Origin: a virus
Taxonomy: Duplodnaviria; Caudoviricetes
Length of the DNA: 53,846 nt
Reading direction: 5' to 3' (one strand)
Virus record (IMG/VR): IMGVR_UViG_3300025112_000016
Span: 1-53,846 of that record
Below, one piece after another: positions 32,998 to 43,095 of the stretch; within the stretch, counting starts at the first letter, position 1, and every line of letters starts with the position of its first letter. Both the position numbers and the translations under genes were made by a program. Under the pieces are notes generated by a model. That model was given only the letters and a program-made list of their open reading frames with translations. It made no database searches and was not told the DNA's origin.

Positions 32998-34386
32998 ATG
33001 AGAATAATGATGCTGTCAGATAGCCCGTGGGCACCCACAGGGTTTGGTACGAACACCCGCTGTATAGCGGCCATTTTTGCTCAAGAAGGGCACACAGTAG
33101 GATATGCAGGATGTCAAAACCCCAAGCACGACCCTGATTATAAAATAAATTGGCCTTTGGGCAGTAAGAATCTGGTCAATATAGAATTGCTTCCTCTATT
33201 ACATCCCGGTGAAGAAAAGTTTGGTGAAAAATCTTTCCCCCAATGGTGCGAACAATTTAAACCCGATTTGATTTTTACCCATTTAGATATTCAAATGTTC
33301 AAGTATGTAACAGATGCCAAGAAACCCACAGGTGTTAATTTACCAACTATCAGTGAAGAAGGTAAACCTCTCACTCGAGCAGAATTCCAGAAGCTTTCTA
33401 AACAAGCTTATAAAATGACACGGAAAGATAGATATAAGGTCGGTTCCATTATTCCTATAGATGGACAACCTTCAATCCCCAACTGGCTCCATACATTAGA
33501 ACAGGTAGATTATCCTGTTGCTATGTCATACTACGGACAGACAGTTATGGATGCTGATTTCGATGGTTATGGAAAGAAGACCACAGTTATTTCTCACGGA
33601 GTAGATACGGAATTCTTTAAACCTAAAGATATTCAAAAACCAGACCCTGATTGTTTTATTGTAGGATGTGTAGCACGCAATCAACACCGTAAGAATATTC
33701 CTAGACTGATGAGGTCTTTCAAGATATTTGTAGAAAGGAATAAACTCACACCGGATGACGCCAAATTAATGCTTCATATGGATTGGATAGACCATATGGG
33801 ATGGAATATTGAATATATGTCTAGTGAGCACGTATACGATATAAAAGATTATATGATTCCTCCTACTATGGGTAATCTTGAGAAGGGACAGAACCCTGAT
33901 GATGCAGGGATGGTAGATATATACAATCTGTTTGATGTTCACGCCCTTCCAACAGGTGGCGAAGGGTTTGGTATTCCCACAGTAGAAGCAATGTCTTGTG
34001 GAATTCCTAACATCATCTGTGATTATACTACAAGTTATGAAATCGTAGGAGCAAAGGTTCCCGAATGTCCTCCTGATAAATTATTACCCCACGGTAGAGA
34101 TGGAGGAACAGAAAACATAATTGGAGATAGGGGAATCCTAGTACCCTATAAAGATTTGATGTGGGACACTCCCATCAGAGCAGCTCCAATGCGAGCTCTT
34201 TGGGATGAAGTATTAGGAGCTGACGCCATAGAATATTATTATAAGAACCGTCAAGTCCTCAAAAAGCACGGTAAGAATGCTCGTAAATATGCTCAGAAAT
34301 ACTATGATTGGAATAATGCAATAGCTCCCAAATGGAAAGAGTGGATAAAGAAAGTAAAGGTAAATCCTGTGCCGGTGAATCGATGA
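32998..34386 (+). CDS. GT-B glycosyltransferase (GT4-like)
   Basis: SDSPWAPTGFG, HGVD, ARNQHRKN and EGFGIPTVEAMSCG. Confidence 0.9.
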   Translation: MRIMMLSDSPWAPTGFGTNTRCIAAIFAQEGHTVGYAGCQNPKHDPDYKINWPLGSKNLVNIELLPLLHPGEEKFGEKSFPQWCEQFKPDLIFTHLDIQMFKYVTDAKKPTGVNLPTISEEGKPLTRAEFQKLSKQAYKMTRKDRYKVGSIIPIDGQPSIPNWLHTLEQVDYPVAMSYYGQTVMDADFDGYGKKTTVISHGVDTEFFKPKDIQKPDPDCFIVGCVARNQHRKNIPRLMRSFKIFVERNKLTPDDAKLMLHMDWIDHMGWNIEYMSSEHVYDIKDYMIPPTMGNLEKGQNPDDAGMVDIYNLFDVHALPTGGEGFGIPTVEAMSCGIPNIICDYTTSYEIVGAKVPECPPDKLLPHGRDGGTENIIGDRGILVPYKDLMWDTPIRAAPMRALWDEVLGADAIEYYYKNRQVLKKHGKNARKYAQKYYDWNNAIAPKWKEWIKKVKVNPVPVNR

Positions 34387-34742
34387 ACATAGTCTTTGAA
34401 TTAGAACACGTCATCTGTTCTCCTCACGCTGATTTCAATCTATGCCGACCACTTGCTAATGTAACAGAATTTATGCTATGGCTCAAGAAAGAAGGTCATT
34501 ATATTACTATCTGGACCCGTCGTTGTAATGAATTGGAAGTAAAAATGAAGACAGAATCGTGGTTAAAGATAAATCAAATTCCCTATGATAGGTTGATATT
34601 TGATAGACCACGCACTCCTGTATTTGTAGATGAAACACCCGCCAATTGCAAATATTTTGGGCATAGTGATGATGTTTATATCATTGCAGGTCTTTTTGAA
34701 GAATGGAAGAAGGAAATAACTGCAGAGGAAAAAGAATGTTAG
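34383..34742 (+). CDS. HAD-like protein with a degenerate active site
   Basis: IVFELEHVI, WTRR, WL..IPYDRL, DRP and FVDE. Confidence 0.65.
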   Translation: MNIVFELEHVICSPHADFNLCRPLANVTEFMLWLKKEGHYITIWTRRCNELEVKMKTESWLKINQIPYDRLIFDRPRTPVFVDETPANCKYFGHSDDVYIIAGLFEEWKKEITAEEKEC

Positions 34743-35065
34743 GTGAAAACGGCCCTCTATATAAAGTGAAATGGTTAGATGCTGTCAATGAACGAGGGCA
34801 AAATAAAATAAATCTCAAAGACCCAAGTGAACACTTATCATATTGTGAAACAATAGGAGAAGTAGTCGCACAGGATGAAAGAGCAATTATTGTTGTATAT
34901 CATTACACTGACTGTGATGGCGTAGATTTTATATGCATCCCCACATCGTGGGTTGTTGAAATGGAGGAATTGGAATGTTTAGAGAATTTGGAATCCCAGC
35001 TCGAATCGAAAGGGTCGAAACGACTCAAAGACTTGAAGAGCTCCGGGAAAAACACGCTAATGTAA
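34736..35065 (+). CDS. Hypothetical protein (W.DA...T.G...IP family)
   Basis: VKWLDA, CETIG and IPTSWV, a common phage small-beta pattern. Confidence 0.6.
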   Translation: MLGENGPLYKVKWLDAVNERGQNKINLKDPSEHLSYCETIGEVVAQDERAIIVVYHYTDCDGVDFICIPTSWVVEMEELECLENLESQLESKGSKRLKDLKSSGKNTLM

Positions 35066-36051
35066 ACAACTGCTATGTTAGTGTGTATGCTTTTAATGAA
35101 GGTATAAACACTAAGACCGTTTACGATAGTGCAGTTATCACTACATTATGGTTTGATTTTGACCATAATACTGACATCAGTAAATGTTTGAAGGATGTTA
35201 GAAAATTATATCGTCGATACTGTATGCCACGCAATATAATTCCTCGTATCTTTTTCACGGGAGGACGGGGCTTCCAGCTTAACATAGATTTTCCTTCTCC
35301 TATTGACTTACCTTTTGAATTGAAACGCAAATCCATCAGGGACTACCTTATGTTTTTAAAAAGGGAATATGTTTTAACTACATTGGATACACAGTGTATT
35401 AATAATAGCGTCAGTTGTATGAGGCGTATGTCTAACACCCCCTATTTAAACAAAAAGACTAAAGAACCTTCAGGTAAATACTGTATACAAATAGAAGTTG
35501 AAGAAATGTTGGATTGTTCTATGGACAAAATAATAGAATTATCTCAGTGGCCTCGCTCTGAACCCTTTGAATATCCCGGTCCTCATAATAGACAAGCTTT
35601 AATGTCCTTTCTATTCTTTGTCTGTGATGAACTAGAAATTCCTTATCGTTCTACCAATACCATAGAATATTTGTTATCTCAAATACATCAGCGTAAAAAT
35701 AAATTTAACAATGGGCATAATAATTCCGATAGTGTAGTAAATTATCTTCCCATACGGAAATGCATATCCAATCTTATCAATGATTCTATAGAAAAGAGCC
35801 ACTGTGGTCATATGGAAAATACTGCTATAGCAACAGAATTGATAAGTGCAGGTTGGAAGGACAATGACATTGCATTCGTCTTCCAATCTATATTCAATGA
35901 ACCCGGTGAAAAGTACGGCTGGTATAATGACGATGGTACGGCGGGATATCAGATTAACAATATTCGAGCGAAGGCTATAAATAGGTTTTCGAAGAATAGG
36001 TTATTGCAACTAAATGTTTGTCAACACAAGTATTGCGGTTGCGGAGGATAG
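34975..36051 (+). CDS. Archaeo-eukaryotic primase, PriS fused to a PriL/PriX-like C-terminal domain
   Basis: REFG, YVSVY, WFDFD, FTGGRGFQ, LD...RRMSNT, and C-terminal RKCI..H..YQI..VC..YC. Confidence 0.82.
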   Translation: MFREFGIPARIERVETTQRLEELREKHANVNNCYVSVYAFNEGINTKTVYDSAVITTLWFDFDHNTDISKCLKDVRKLYRRYCMPRNIIPRIFFTGGRGFQLNIDFPSPIDLPFELKRKSIRDYLMFLKREYVLTTLDTQCINNSVSCMRRMSNTPYLNKKTKEPSGKYCIQIEVEEMLDCSMDKIIELSQWPRSEPFEYPGPHNRQALMSFLFFVCDELEIPYRSTNTIEYLLSQIHQRKNKFNNGHNNSDSVVNYLPIRKCISNLINDSIEKSHCGHMENTAIATELISAGWKDNDIAFVFQSIFNEPGEKYGWYNDDGTAGYQINNIRAKAINRFSKNRLLQLNVCQHKYCGCGG

Positions 36052-36053
36052 AA

Positions 36054-36287
36054 ATGTCTGAAAACATAGATGTGACTGAAATGTCGGAAAACCTTAATTG
36101 GTTAACAACGCAAAATAGGAACCTTCTAGCAAGGGTCCAGCAATTAGAGGCGATTTTAAATGCCGTCCAAAAGCAAAGCCCAGAATCGCTATCTTTTCTC
36201 CAAGAAGCCCCGATTAGCCCGGAAGTGGGCGAAGAAATACGGGAAGGGGAAGAACCTGCCAACGAAAGTGAAGAAGAAGAAGCTTAG
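36054..36287 (+). CDS. Coiled-coil acidic protein
   Basis: GGAGG SD before MSENID. Confidence 0.6.
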   Translation: MSENIDVTEMSENLNWLTTQNRNLLARVQQLEAILNAVQKQSPESLSFLQEAPISPEVGEEIREGEEPANESEEEEA

Positions 36288-36498
36288 ATATAAAAAGAGG
36301 AAATAATTATGGACAAAAAAAAGAAAGACAAAGAAGTTGCAGAAGAGGAAGTAGTTGAAGAAGTTGTAGAAGAAAAAAAGGTTGAGCAAAAAGTTGAACC
36401 TGTTGCTTCTGCTTCTAATGCTTATGAGTGATGGGTCTCCTCACTAGTAAATCTAAAAGATATCCTGTTTCTGGTAGTCGGGTACTAACTGATTACAA

Positions 36499-37470
36499 AT
36501 GAAGAAAAGCTTCATCTTCGTGATGCAAAATTTATACCCTATCTTAGGGGGAGCAGAACAAAGTATTGTTACATTAATAACCCAATTAAGAAAGAGGGGT
36601 CATCCTGTAAGCCATATTTGTACTGGTAATTACAGTGAAGAACTTGTAAACACGATTGAGCACCACGATATAGTGGTTACTCAGCTCAATTGGGCCGCTG
36701 TAACTATAAACAAAGCAGAACAATTTGGCAAACCATCTGTTGTTTTTATTCGTTCATTGGAAAATGTATGTAGAAAGGTATATAATGACCCTGTATTCTT
36801 ATCTCAATGTGAACAAAAGTGTAAAAAATGTCCTCATAGAATCACAGGGTATGAAGAACACGGACGCGCATTAAGAAAAGCTTCTCTAATATTAGGTAAT
36901 TCCAAATGGACTTCCAAAATGTTTAAAGAAGAACACGGCTTACAAAGTGAATATATCTATCCCTTTATCGATTCAGAATATTATTCTAATATTGAACTAA
37001 AAGAAAGAAAATACATTGCGATGAATAAATTATCGTGGCCCGATGGAAGTGAAATCTTTTTAGATATAGCAGAAAGAATGCCTAGACAACAATTTAAGAT
37101 AGTAGGATACGAAGGAACTCATTCACAGCGTCCTCTTCCACGTAATGTTAAATTGACAGGGATGTGTAAAGATGCTCAGGAAATCTATGAAGATGTTAGT
37201 ATATGGCTTTATCCTAATTTGCACGGAACCTTTGGAAGGGTGGTAATAGAGGCTCAGCTAGCAGGTATTCCAGTTCTAGGCGCAGCTCGAGGGCCAGTGT
37301 TGGAAGACCAAATGACTCCATACACAGTGAAAGACTATAGAAATCCAGCTGCGTGGAAACGGGAAATATTAAATATAACCAGAGATAAGAAACAACCGAT
37401 GACAGATTTCTCCAATTTTGAAAGGGATGTTCAAATAGAAAAATTTATTCAATTAACAGAGGCGTTATAA
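36499..37470 (+). CDS. GT-B glycosyltransferase
   Basis: GGAEQS, NSKWT and GTFGRVVIEAQLAGIPV. Confidence 0.88.
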   Translation: MKKSFIFVMQNLYPILGGAEQSIVTLITQLRKRGHPVSHICTGNYSEELVNTIEHHDIVVTQLNWAAVTINKAEQFGKPSVVFIRSLENVCRKVYNDPVFLSQCEQKCKKCPHRITGYEEHGRALRKASLILGNSKWTSKMFKEEHGLQSEYIYPFIDSEYYSNIELKERKYIAMNKLSWPDGSEIFLDIAERMPRQQFKIVGYEGTHSQRPLPRNVKLTGMCKDAQEIYEDVSIWLYPNLHGTFGRVVIEAQLAGIPVLGAARGPVLEDQMTPYTVKDYRNPAAWKREILNITRDKKQPMTDFSNFERDVQIEKFIQLTEAL

Positions 37471-38456
37471 TGAAGATAGCTTTTATTGGAAAATTTAAGA
37501 AGATATATGATGAAGAGGGCAAAGCTTTATCATTAGAAAAATTAGGGCACGAAGTTATCAGGTTTGATGAAAATTTATTTAACCAAGGTTTCCAAGCAGG
37601 TTGGAACAATAACACAGATTCTTTAATTTCTTATAAACCTGATGTTCTTATATACACCAAACTAAGAGTACCGGGTGCTTTGCAATTAGTAAAGAAAGCA
37701 AAAGAAAATAATATTTTAGCTGTGTCGTGGTTCCCTGATATGTGTAATGTGGGGCGATGGGAAAATACTGCCTTTAATATTAATTGGGATACAAAGGATA
37801 TTAGTCAATGCCCCTTAGCTAACTCTGATTTAGTTTTACTACCTGATGGTCTAAATCAAAAAGATTGGAGAAGTTTAGGTATCAATCAACACTGTGTTCG
37901 ACAAGGAATATATCACGAAGCGTGTTTCATCGGTGATAAGATAGAAAATTTCGACAAAGATATTATATTTATAGGAACTGTGAATAATGGATTTTATAAA
38001 CATCGCATTCCTTTAGTTAACTTCTTGGCAGAAAAATATAAAGATAAGTTCTTACATATCGGTGGTCAAAATCCATATGAAGTAAGAGACAAACAATTGA
38101 ACGATGTTATTAAATCATCAAAGATTGTGGTGGGGGACAGTGTATCTGTTCCATACTACTGGTCTAATAGAATTTATGAAACCGTAGGACGAGGGGGATT
38201 TTTTCTTCATCCCGATGTCAAGGGTATAGATAAAGAATATGAAGTAGGATATCACTTTGATATATATAAAAACCTAGAAGAGTTGGGTTCTAAGATAGAT
38301 TCTTATTTAAAGGATAGTAAGTTACGAAATAAAATATCCAAAGAAGGTATGAAACATACTCTTAAGAACCACACCCTCTTAAATAGAAGTAATCAAGTGG
38401 TAAATATAATCACCAAAGAATTAGAATCGAGGAGATGGTTTAATGGGAACGTCTGA
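37470..38456 (+). CDS. Glycosyltransferase (CgeB/Glyco_trans_1_2-like)
   Basis: DIIFIG, R..L and YWSNRIYETVGRGGF. Confidence 0.85.
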   Translation: MKIAFIGKFKKIYDEEGKALSLEKLGHEVIRFDENLFNQGFQAGWNNNTDSLISYKPDVLIYTKLRVPGALQLVKKAKENNILAVSWFPDMCNVGRWENTAFNINWDTKDISQCPLANSDLVLLPDGLNQKDWRSLGINQHCVRQGIYHEACFIGDKIENFDKDIIFIGTVNNGFYKHRIPLVNFLAEKYKDKFLHIGGQNPYEVRDKQLNDVIKSSKIVVGDSVSVPYYWSNRIYETVGRGGFFLHPDVKGIDKEYEVGYHFDIYKNLEELGSKIDSYLKDSKLRNKISKEGMKHTLKNHTLLNRSNQVVNIITKELESRRWFNGNV

Positions 38457-39090
38457 TAATGCACGAGTTGAACTAGATAGTTATGAATCACTCATTAAGA
38501 GTGCTCCCTTTGTTCCTGCCAATGTGGTTGAAATTGGTTCCCAAAATGGGTGGGATGCGGAAAGACTGGCAAATAAATTTAATATAGAAAACTCCGAAGT
38601 TTATATTATAGAAGCACATCCAGGTTTTTATCAATTTATCAAAACTCATTATCCTGATTATAACGTATTTAATTTGGCAGCCTCCAATGAAAATGATACC
38701 GTCATATTTAATGCTGGTAAGAACTTTGATGATGGAAGGTCTTCCTTTCTAGATAGGGATATATATGATTCGGATATCTTTACCAAGGTAAAAGTTAATA
38801 GCATAAGGATGGATAAATTAATTAAAGATAATAATATAAAACACATAGATATACTAAAAATAGATGTAGAAGGAGCCACGTATGAAGTGCTAGAAGGATT
38901 TGGTAATGAATTAAATATGGTTAAGTCTATACAATTAGAAGCTGAACTACAACCTTTATGGCCTGACGCTGTCTTGTGGGATGATATCAAAATATTCTTA
39001 GAAAAAAATAACTTTACTTGTTTCTGGACCCAAGATATAATAGGTCTTCAGATAGATTCCGTTTGGATAAATAATAAATATGAAATGTAA
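38443..39090 (+). CDS. FkbM-family methyltransferase
   Basis: EIGSQNG, IEAHP, LAASN and IDILKIDVEGATYEVLEG. Confidence 0.9.
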   Translation: MGTSDNARVELDSYESLIKSAPFVPANVVEIGSQNGWDAERLANKFNIENSEVYIIEAHPGFYQFIKTHYPDYNVFNLAASNENDTVIFNAGKNFDDGRSSFLDRDIYDSDIFTKVKVNSIRMDKLIKDNNIKHIDILKIDVEGATYEVLEGFGNELNMVKSIQLEAELQPLWPDAVLWDDIKIFLEKNNFTCFWTQDIIGLQIDSVWINNKYEM

Positions 39091-40129
39091 AGTAGGGTCT
39101 GTAGTAGTAGCCACCAATCAAGGACTTGGATATCTAATGTTAGATTTCTTTAAGAACAAAGTTATAGATAAAGTATTACTACAAGAATCACCGTGGTTCA
39201 AATCTAATCCCGAATGGTATGGTAAAGACCAAGTAGATTTGACATCACAAGAAAATTTTCCATACACTTCCACCCTAACTTCCAAAGAAAAGAAAAGAGT
39301 TGTTAGATTTCTCAAATCTATCGATTTATTATTATTCTTTGAAACACCCTTTAATTATGAAATCATAAAGATAGCCAATGAAATGAATGTAAAGTGCATT
39401 CTAATACCTATGTATGAGTGTACACTTTATCCTATAGAAGTAGATGCATATATAGCACCATCATTGCTCGATTTACAATATTACAATCGACTCTATCCCA
39501 ACAAATTGAATAAGTTTATTAGAATTCCTGTTCCTAACGAAATAAAATGGAAAAGAAGAACACGAGCACGTACATTTGTACACAACAGTGGAAATGGTGG
39601 AGTATTGGGTCGTAATGGCACGGAAGAACTTATAGAAGCAATGGAATATGTCACATCCCCTATTGAATTAATCATAAGAAGTCAATCCAAAGATTATATA
39701 AATTACAATGATGACCATAGAATTAAAATAACAAAGAAACACATTCCATTTGCAGAGCTATGGGACAAAGGAGATGTATTTATTTTTCCTGAAAAATTCA
39801 ATGGTCTCTCTCTCCCTATACAAGAAGCTTATGCAAGTGGGCTTTTAATTATGTCTGGTAATAGATTTCCCTTTAATGCGTGGCTTCCTCCTGAAGCTCT
39901 CATTCCTGTTCAATCCTATGATACTATATCAATAGTAAATATACCCATCCAGAGAGCTATTTATAATCCACGAGATATAGCGACTACAATCGACCAGTGG
40001 TATAATAAAGATATAGAAGATTATTCTATCGGTGGTAGAGAATGGGGAAAACAAAGTTCTTGGGATGCTTTGCGAAATGAATATCAATCATTTTTTGAGG
40101 AGGTTATTAATGAAAATATCAATCATTAA
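39080..40129 (+). CDS. GT-B glycosyltransferase
   Basis: QGLG, PMYE, GRNGT and FNGLSLPIQEAYASG. Confidence 0.8.
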   Translation: MKCKVGSVVVATNQGLGYLMLDFFKNKVIDKVLLQESPWFKSNPEWYGKDQVDLTSQENFPYTSTLTSKEKKRVVRFLKSIDLLLFFETPFNYEIIKIANEMNVKCILIPMYECTLYPIEVDAYIAPSLLDLQYYNRLYPNKLNKFIRIPVPNEIKWKRRTRARTFVHNSGNGGVLGRNGTEELIEAMEYVTSPIELIIRSQSKDYINYNDDHRIKITKKHIPFAELWDKGDVFIFPEKFNGLSLPIQEAYASGLLIMSGNRFPFNAWLPPEALIPVQSYDTISIVNIPIQRAIYNPRDIATTIDQWYNKDIEDYSIGGREWGKQSSWDALRNEYQSFFEEVINENINH

Positions 40130-40964
40130 ACCCCCTTCGGCTAATGTAGACCCGTGGATACCTGTTTTTAGAAAGAAAGGGGTAGAGGTCTTAGAAAATA
40201 TAGTCGCAGAAGATTGTGATTTTATGGTGTGTGCTTCTCATAGTCAAATCAATATATTAGAACATTTCCATTCGCTGTATCCCGAAATTCCTATTATTAA
40301 TTATAATTGGGACCTCTACGGATGGGTATGGAAACATCCACGGGGATATGATTGGACCAAATATGGTGAGTATCTAAAGAAAAGTAAAGAAATCTGGGTT
40401 CCTTCAGAAGAAGTTACATTAAGAACACAGGAATTCTTTGGACTTGGTACTCGATGTAAAATAATTAAATCATTCGCAAGATTTTTTGAATACGATGACA
40501 TAAAAGATGAAAAATATATTCTGCAAGCGATGAGGAATTACACTGCGGATAAAAACTATGGATGGTTAAGAAGAGCGTGTACTGAATTAGACATCCCTTT
40601 GTATGAAAGCCAACATACCCTATCTGAACCTGAATTTCAGAAAGTCATAGCACACTGTTCTTTCCTATGCACAGAGTATTATGAAGCTTCTACGGGTGGT
40701 CTTACTTTACTAGAAGGGTATAGACTAGGTAAACCAGTTGTGGTAAGTGACTCTATTTATATGGGGGCACGGGATTACTTCGGTGATAAAGCCATTTATT
40801 TTAAAGATGATAGTTATGAACACTTCAAACAAACCATTGAAGATACGTGGACCAACCCCCCCATTTTAGACCGCGATGAATGTGTAAAATTTACAAATCA
40901 GTATAATGTAGAAGATATGGTAGACGAAATGATAGAGAGGTTAGAATGTCTAAAGTCTTCATAG
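40110..40964 (+). CDS. GT-B glycosyltransferase
   Basis: EASTGGLTLLEGYRLGKPVVVSD. Start follows GAGGAGG. Confidence 0.78.
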   Translation: MKISIIKPPSANVDPWIPVFRKKGVEVLENIVAEDCDFMVCASHSQINILEHFHSLYPEIPIINYNWDLYGWVWKHPRGYDWTKYGEYLKKSKEIWVPSEEVTLRTQEFFGLGTRCKIIKSFARFFEYDDIKDEKYILQAMRNYTADKNYGWLRRACTELDIPLYESQHTLSEPEFQKVIAHCSFLCTEYYEASTGGLTLLEGYRLGKPVVVSDSIYMGARDYFGDKAIYFKDDSYEHFKQTIEDTWTNPPILDRDECVKFTNQYNVEDMVDEMIERLECLKSS

Positions 40965-41551
40965 CTACTTCCAGACCCATAGGACAGAAGTGTATTGAAT
41001 GGGCAGAAAATAATATGCCTTATGGTTTTGAACTATGTGATACTATTGAAGAATCTGATATTGTTATATCAGTTTTATATGAAAAGTTATTTTCCCCAGA
41101 AATAATAAATCAAAAGAAGTGCTTTAATTTTCATCCCGGTTCATTACCGGAATACAGGGGGTCCGGTGCATTCAGTTGGGTAATAATAAACAATGAAAAG
41201 AAGTGTGGTATAACCCTACATCTTATAGATGATGGAATTGACGATGGTGATATCATAGAGATAAGGGAATTCTTAGTTACAAAAAATGACACTGCTTTAT
41301 CTTTATTTAACAGGGGAACAGAAGTTATATATAGAATGTTTACAGAATGGTTTGGGGATTTATTAGTGGGTAATTATACGGCAGTGAAACAGCCCTCGGA
41401 GAATAACAGATTGTTTTTAAGAAAGGATTTACACAAGGCAAAGAACTTATCAAGATTTATCAAGGCGTTTTATTTTCCTTCCAAAGAATCAGCATATTAT
41501 TATAATGCTATGGGACAAAAAATATACATTGACTACGATGCTTTTAAATAG
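40946..41551 (+). CDS. Sugar N-formyltransferase (formyl-THF dependent)
   Basis: NFHPGSLPEYRG, GITLH and IDDGDII. Lacks the Fmt C-terminal domain. Confidence 0.88.
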   Translation: MSKVFIATSRPIGQKCIEWAENNMPYGFELCDTIEESDIVISVLYEKLFSPEIINQKKCFNFHPGSLPEYRGSGAFSWVIINNEKKCGITLHLIDDGIDDGDIIEIREFLVTKNDTALSLFNRGTEVIYRMFTEWFGDLLVGNYTAVKQPSENNRLFLRKDLHKAKNLSRFIKAFYFPSKESAYYYNAMGQKIYIDYDAFK

Positions 41552-41571
41552 AGAGATGGAGATATAAACCT

Positions 41572-42567
41572 ATGCCACGAAATATAAAAAATGCAGATGT
41601 GTGTGTGATAGGGGGAGCTGGTTTTTTAGGCTCACACCTAGTGGATTACCTAATAGATAAAAGAAAATGTAGAGTATTGGTATTAGACAATCTAATTACT
41701 GGTCTTAAGAAACATATCCACGAAAAAGCAGAGTTTATATGGTATGATATTAGAGATGATGAAAACACTTTATCAGATATATTAAAGAATCGTTCCATAA
41801 AGTATGTTTTTAATTATGCTGCAGAGCCTTACATTCCAGAATGTTTTGAAAGACCAATGCATTTCTTTGATATTAATGCAAATGCAGTGTTGAAGGTATT
41901 AAATGCTTGTCAAAAGGCTAACATCAAAGCATTATTACAAGTATCTTCTGCAGAAATATATGGTGATATGACTGGTAAAACTAAGGAAAGTGACCCAATA
42001 ACACCCCATTCTACTTACGGTGTTTCTAAGATGGCAGCTGATGGTCTTGTGCAGGTTCGATGGCGTGAAGCAGGGGTTCCTGCTATTGCTATGAGGCAAT
42101 TTAATTGTGTGGGTGAAAGGGAGACACACGCCTATGTCATCCCCGAAATTATTTCACAGTTATCTGAAATATTCGATTCGGGAAATTTGTTTCCCGATAA
42201 TGAAAAATTACCTATTCTTAAATTAGGAAACAATTCCTTTAGGGATTTCCAATACGCAGGTGACGCTGTTAGGATGGCGGTTGATTTGTTAGAGAACGGA
42301 GAGTTCGGAGAAGTTTACAATATGGGTAGTGAAGAGGGCGTACAGATTTATGATTTAGCAGAAATGATTGGAAAGGTAATGGGGTATAGGGGGGTTAACA
42401 TTGCCGTAGATAAGAAAAGGGTTAGACCTTGGGAAATTTGGCACTTACAATCAGATAATACAAAACTATATAGTGTTATTAAAACACGACCAGAAGTATC
42501 ATTGAAAGAAGCTCTCAAAAGAACTGTTGATTATTTCCATAATAATCAATGTCAGTGGGATTGGTAA
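41572..42567 (+). CDS. NDP-sugar 4,6-dehydratase/epimerase (extended SDR)
   Basis: GGAGFLG, SSAEIYG, YGVSK, RQFN and RDF. Confidence 0.9.
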   Translation: MPRNIKNADVCVIGGAGFLGSHLVDYLIDKRKCRVLVLDNLITGLKKHIHEKAEFIWYDIRDDENTLSDILKNRSIKYVFNYAAEPYIPECFERPMHFFDINANAVLKVLNACQKANIKALLQVSSAEIYGDMTGKTKESDPITPHSTYGVSKMAADGLVQVRWREAGVPAIAMRQFNCVGERETHAYVIPEIISQLSEIFDSGNLFPDNEKLPILKLGNNSFRDFQYAGDAVRMAVDLLENGEFGEVYNMGSEEGVQIYDLAEMIGKVMGYRGVNIAVDKKRVRPWEIWHLQSDNTKLYSVIKTRPEVSLKEALKRTVDYFHNNQCQWDW

Positions 42568-43094
42568 TGGGCGAAAAACGTAATCTCTATGACGACAAAG
42601 AATTCTGGGTAGGCCGAGTAAACGATGCAAAAGCACGACAAGACCCTTTTTATTCTATATACAAGTCTGGTCCTGTGGTGTGGGGTGAAATCATTAAGAA
42701 TAGATTGTCCATAATTGCAGAAAAGATACCAACAGGAAGTAGAGTATTAGATGCTGGTTGTGCATTTGGATGGCTTGCGACCGTTCTTCCTTATATGCAA
42801 GCGATAAAATATACAGGTATTGACCACACTCCCGCATTAATAGATTATGGAAAAGAACTTTATCCTAGAGTCAATCTAATTGAAGCGCCCTTACAAGAAC
42901 TTCCTTTCGATAATGATTCCTTTGATTGGGTTGTATGTTCTTGTGTTAAACACGGTATTGTTGAAAATGAAGAGAATGGTCTTATTGAAAAGGGACGATG
43001 GAAACAAATTGAATCTGAATTTATGAGAGTATCAGAAAATGCTATTGTCTGGCCCAGTTATTCAATGGACTATGAAATGGTTACAAGGAAATGA
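42567..43094 (+). CDS. Class I SAM methyltransferase
   Basis: VLDAGCAFG, YTGID and LPFDNDSFDWVV. Confidence 0.85.
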   Translation: MGEKRNLYDDKEFWVGRVNDAKARQDPFYSIYKSGPVVWGEIIKNRLSIIAEKIPTGSRVLDAGCAFGWLATVLPYMQAIKYTGIDHTPALIDYGKELYPRVNLIEAPLQELPFDNDSFDWVVCSCVKHGIVENEENGLIEKGRWKQIESEFMRVSENAIVWPSYSMDYEMVTRK

Positions 43095-43095
43095 A

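Noticed and set aside
40946-41551. Methionyl-tRNA formyltransferase (fmt)
   Set aside because: Lacks the C-terminal tRNA-binding domain, sits among sugar enzymes, and archaea do not formylate initiator tRNA.
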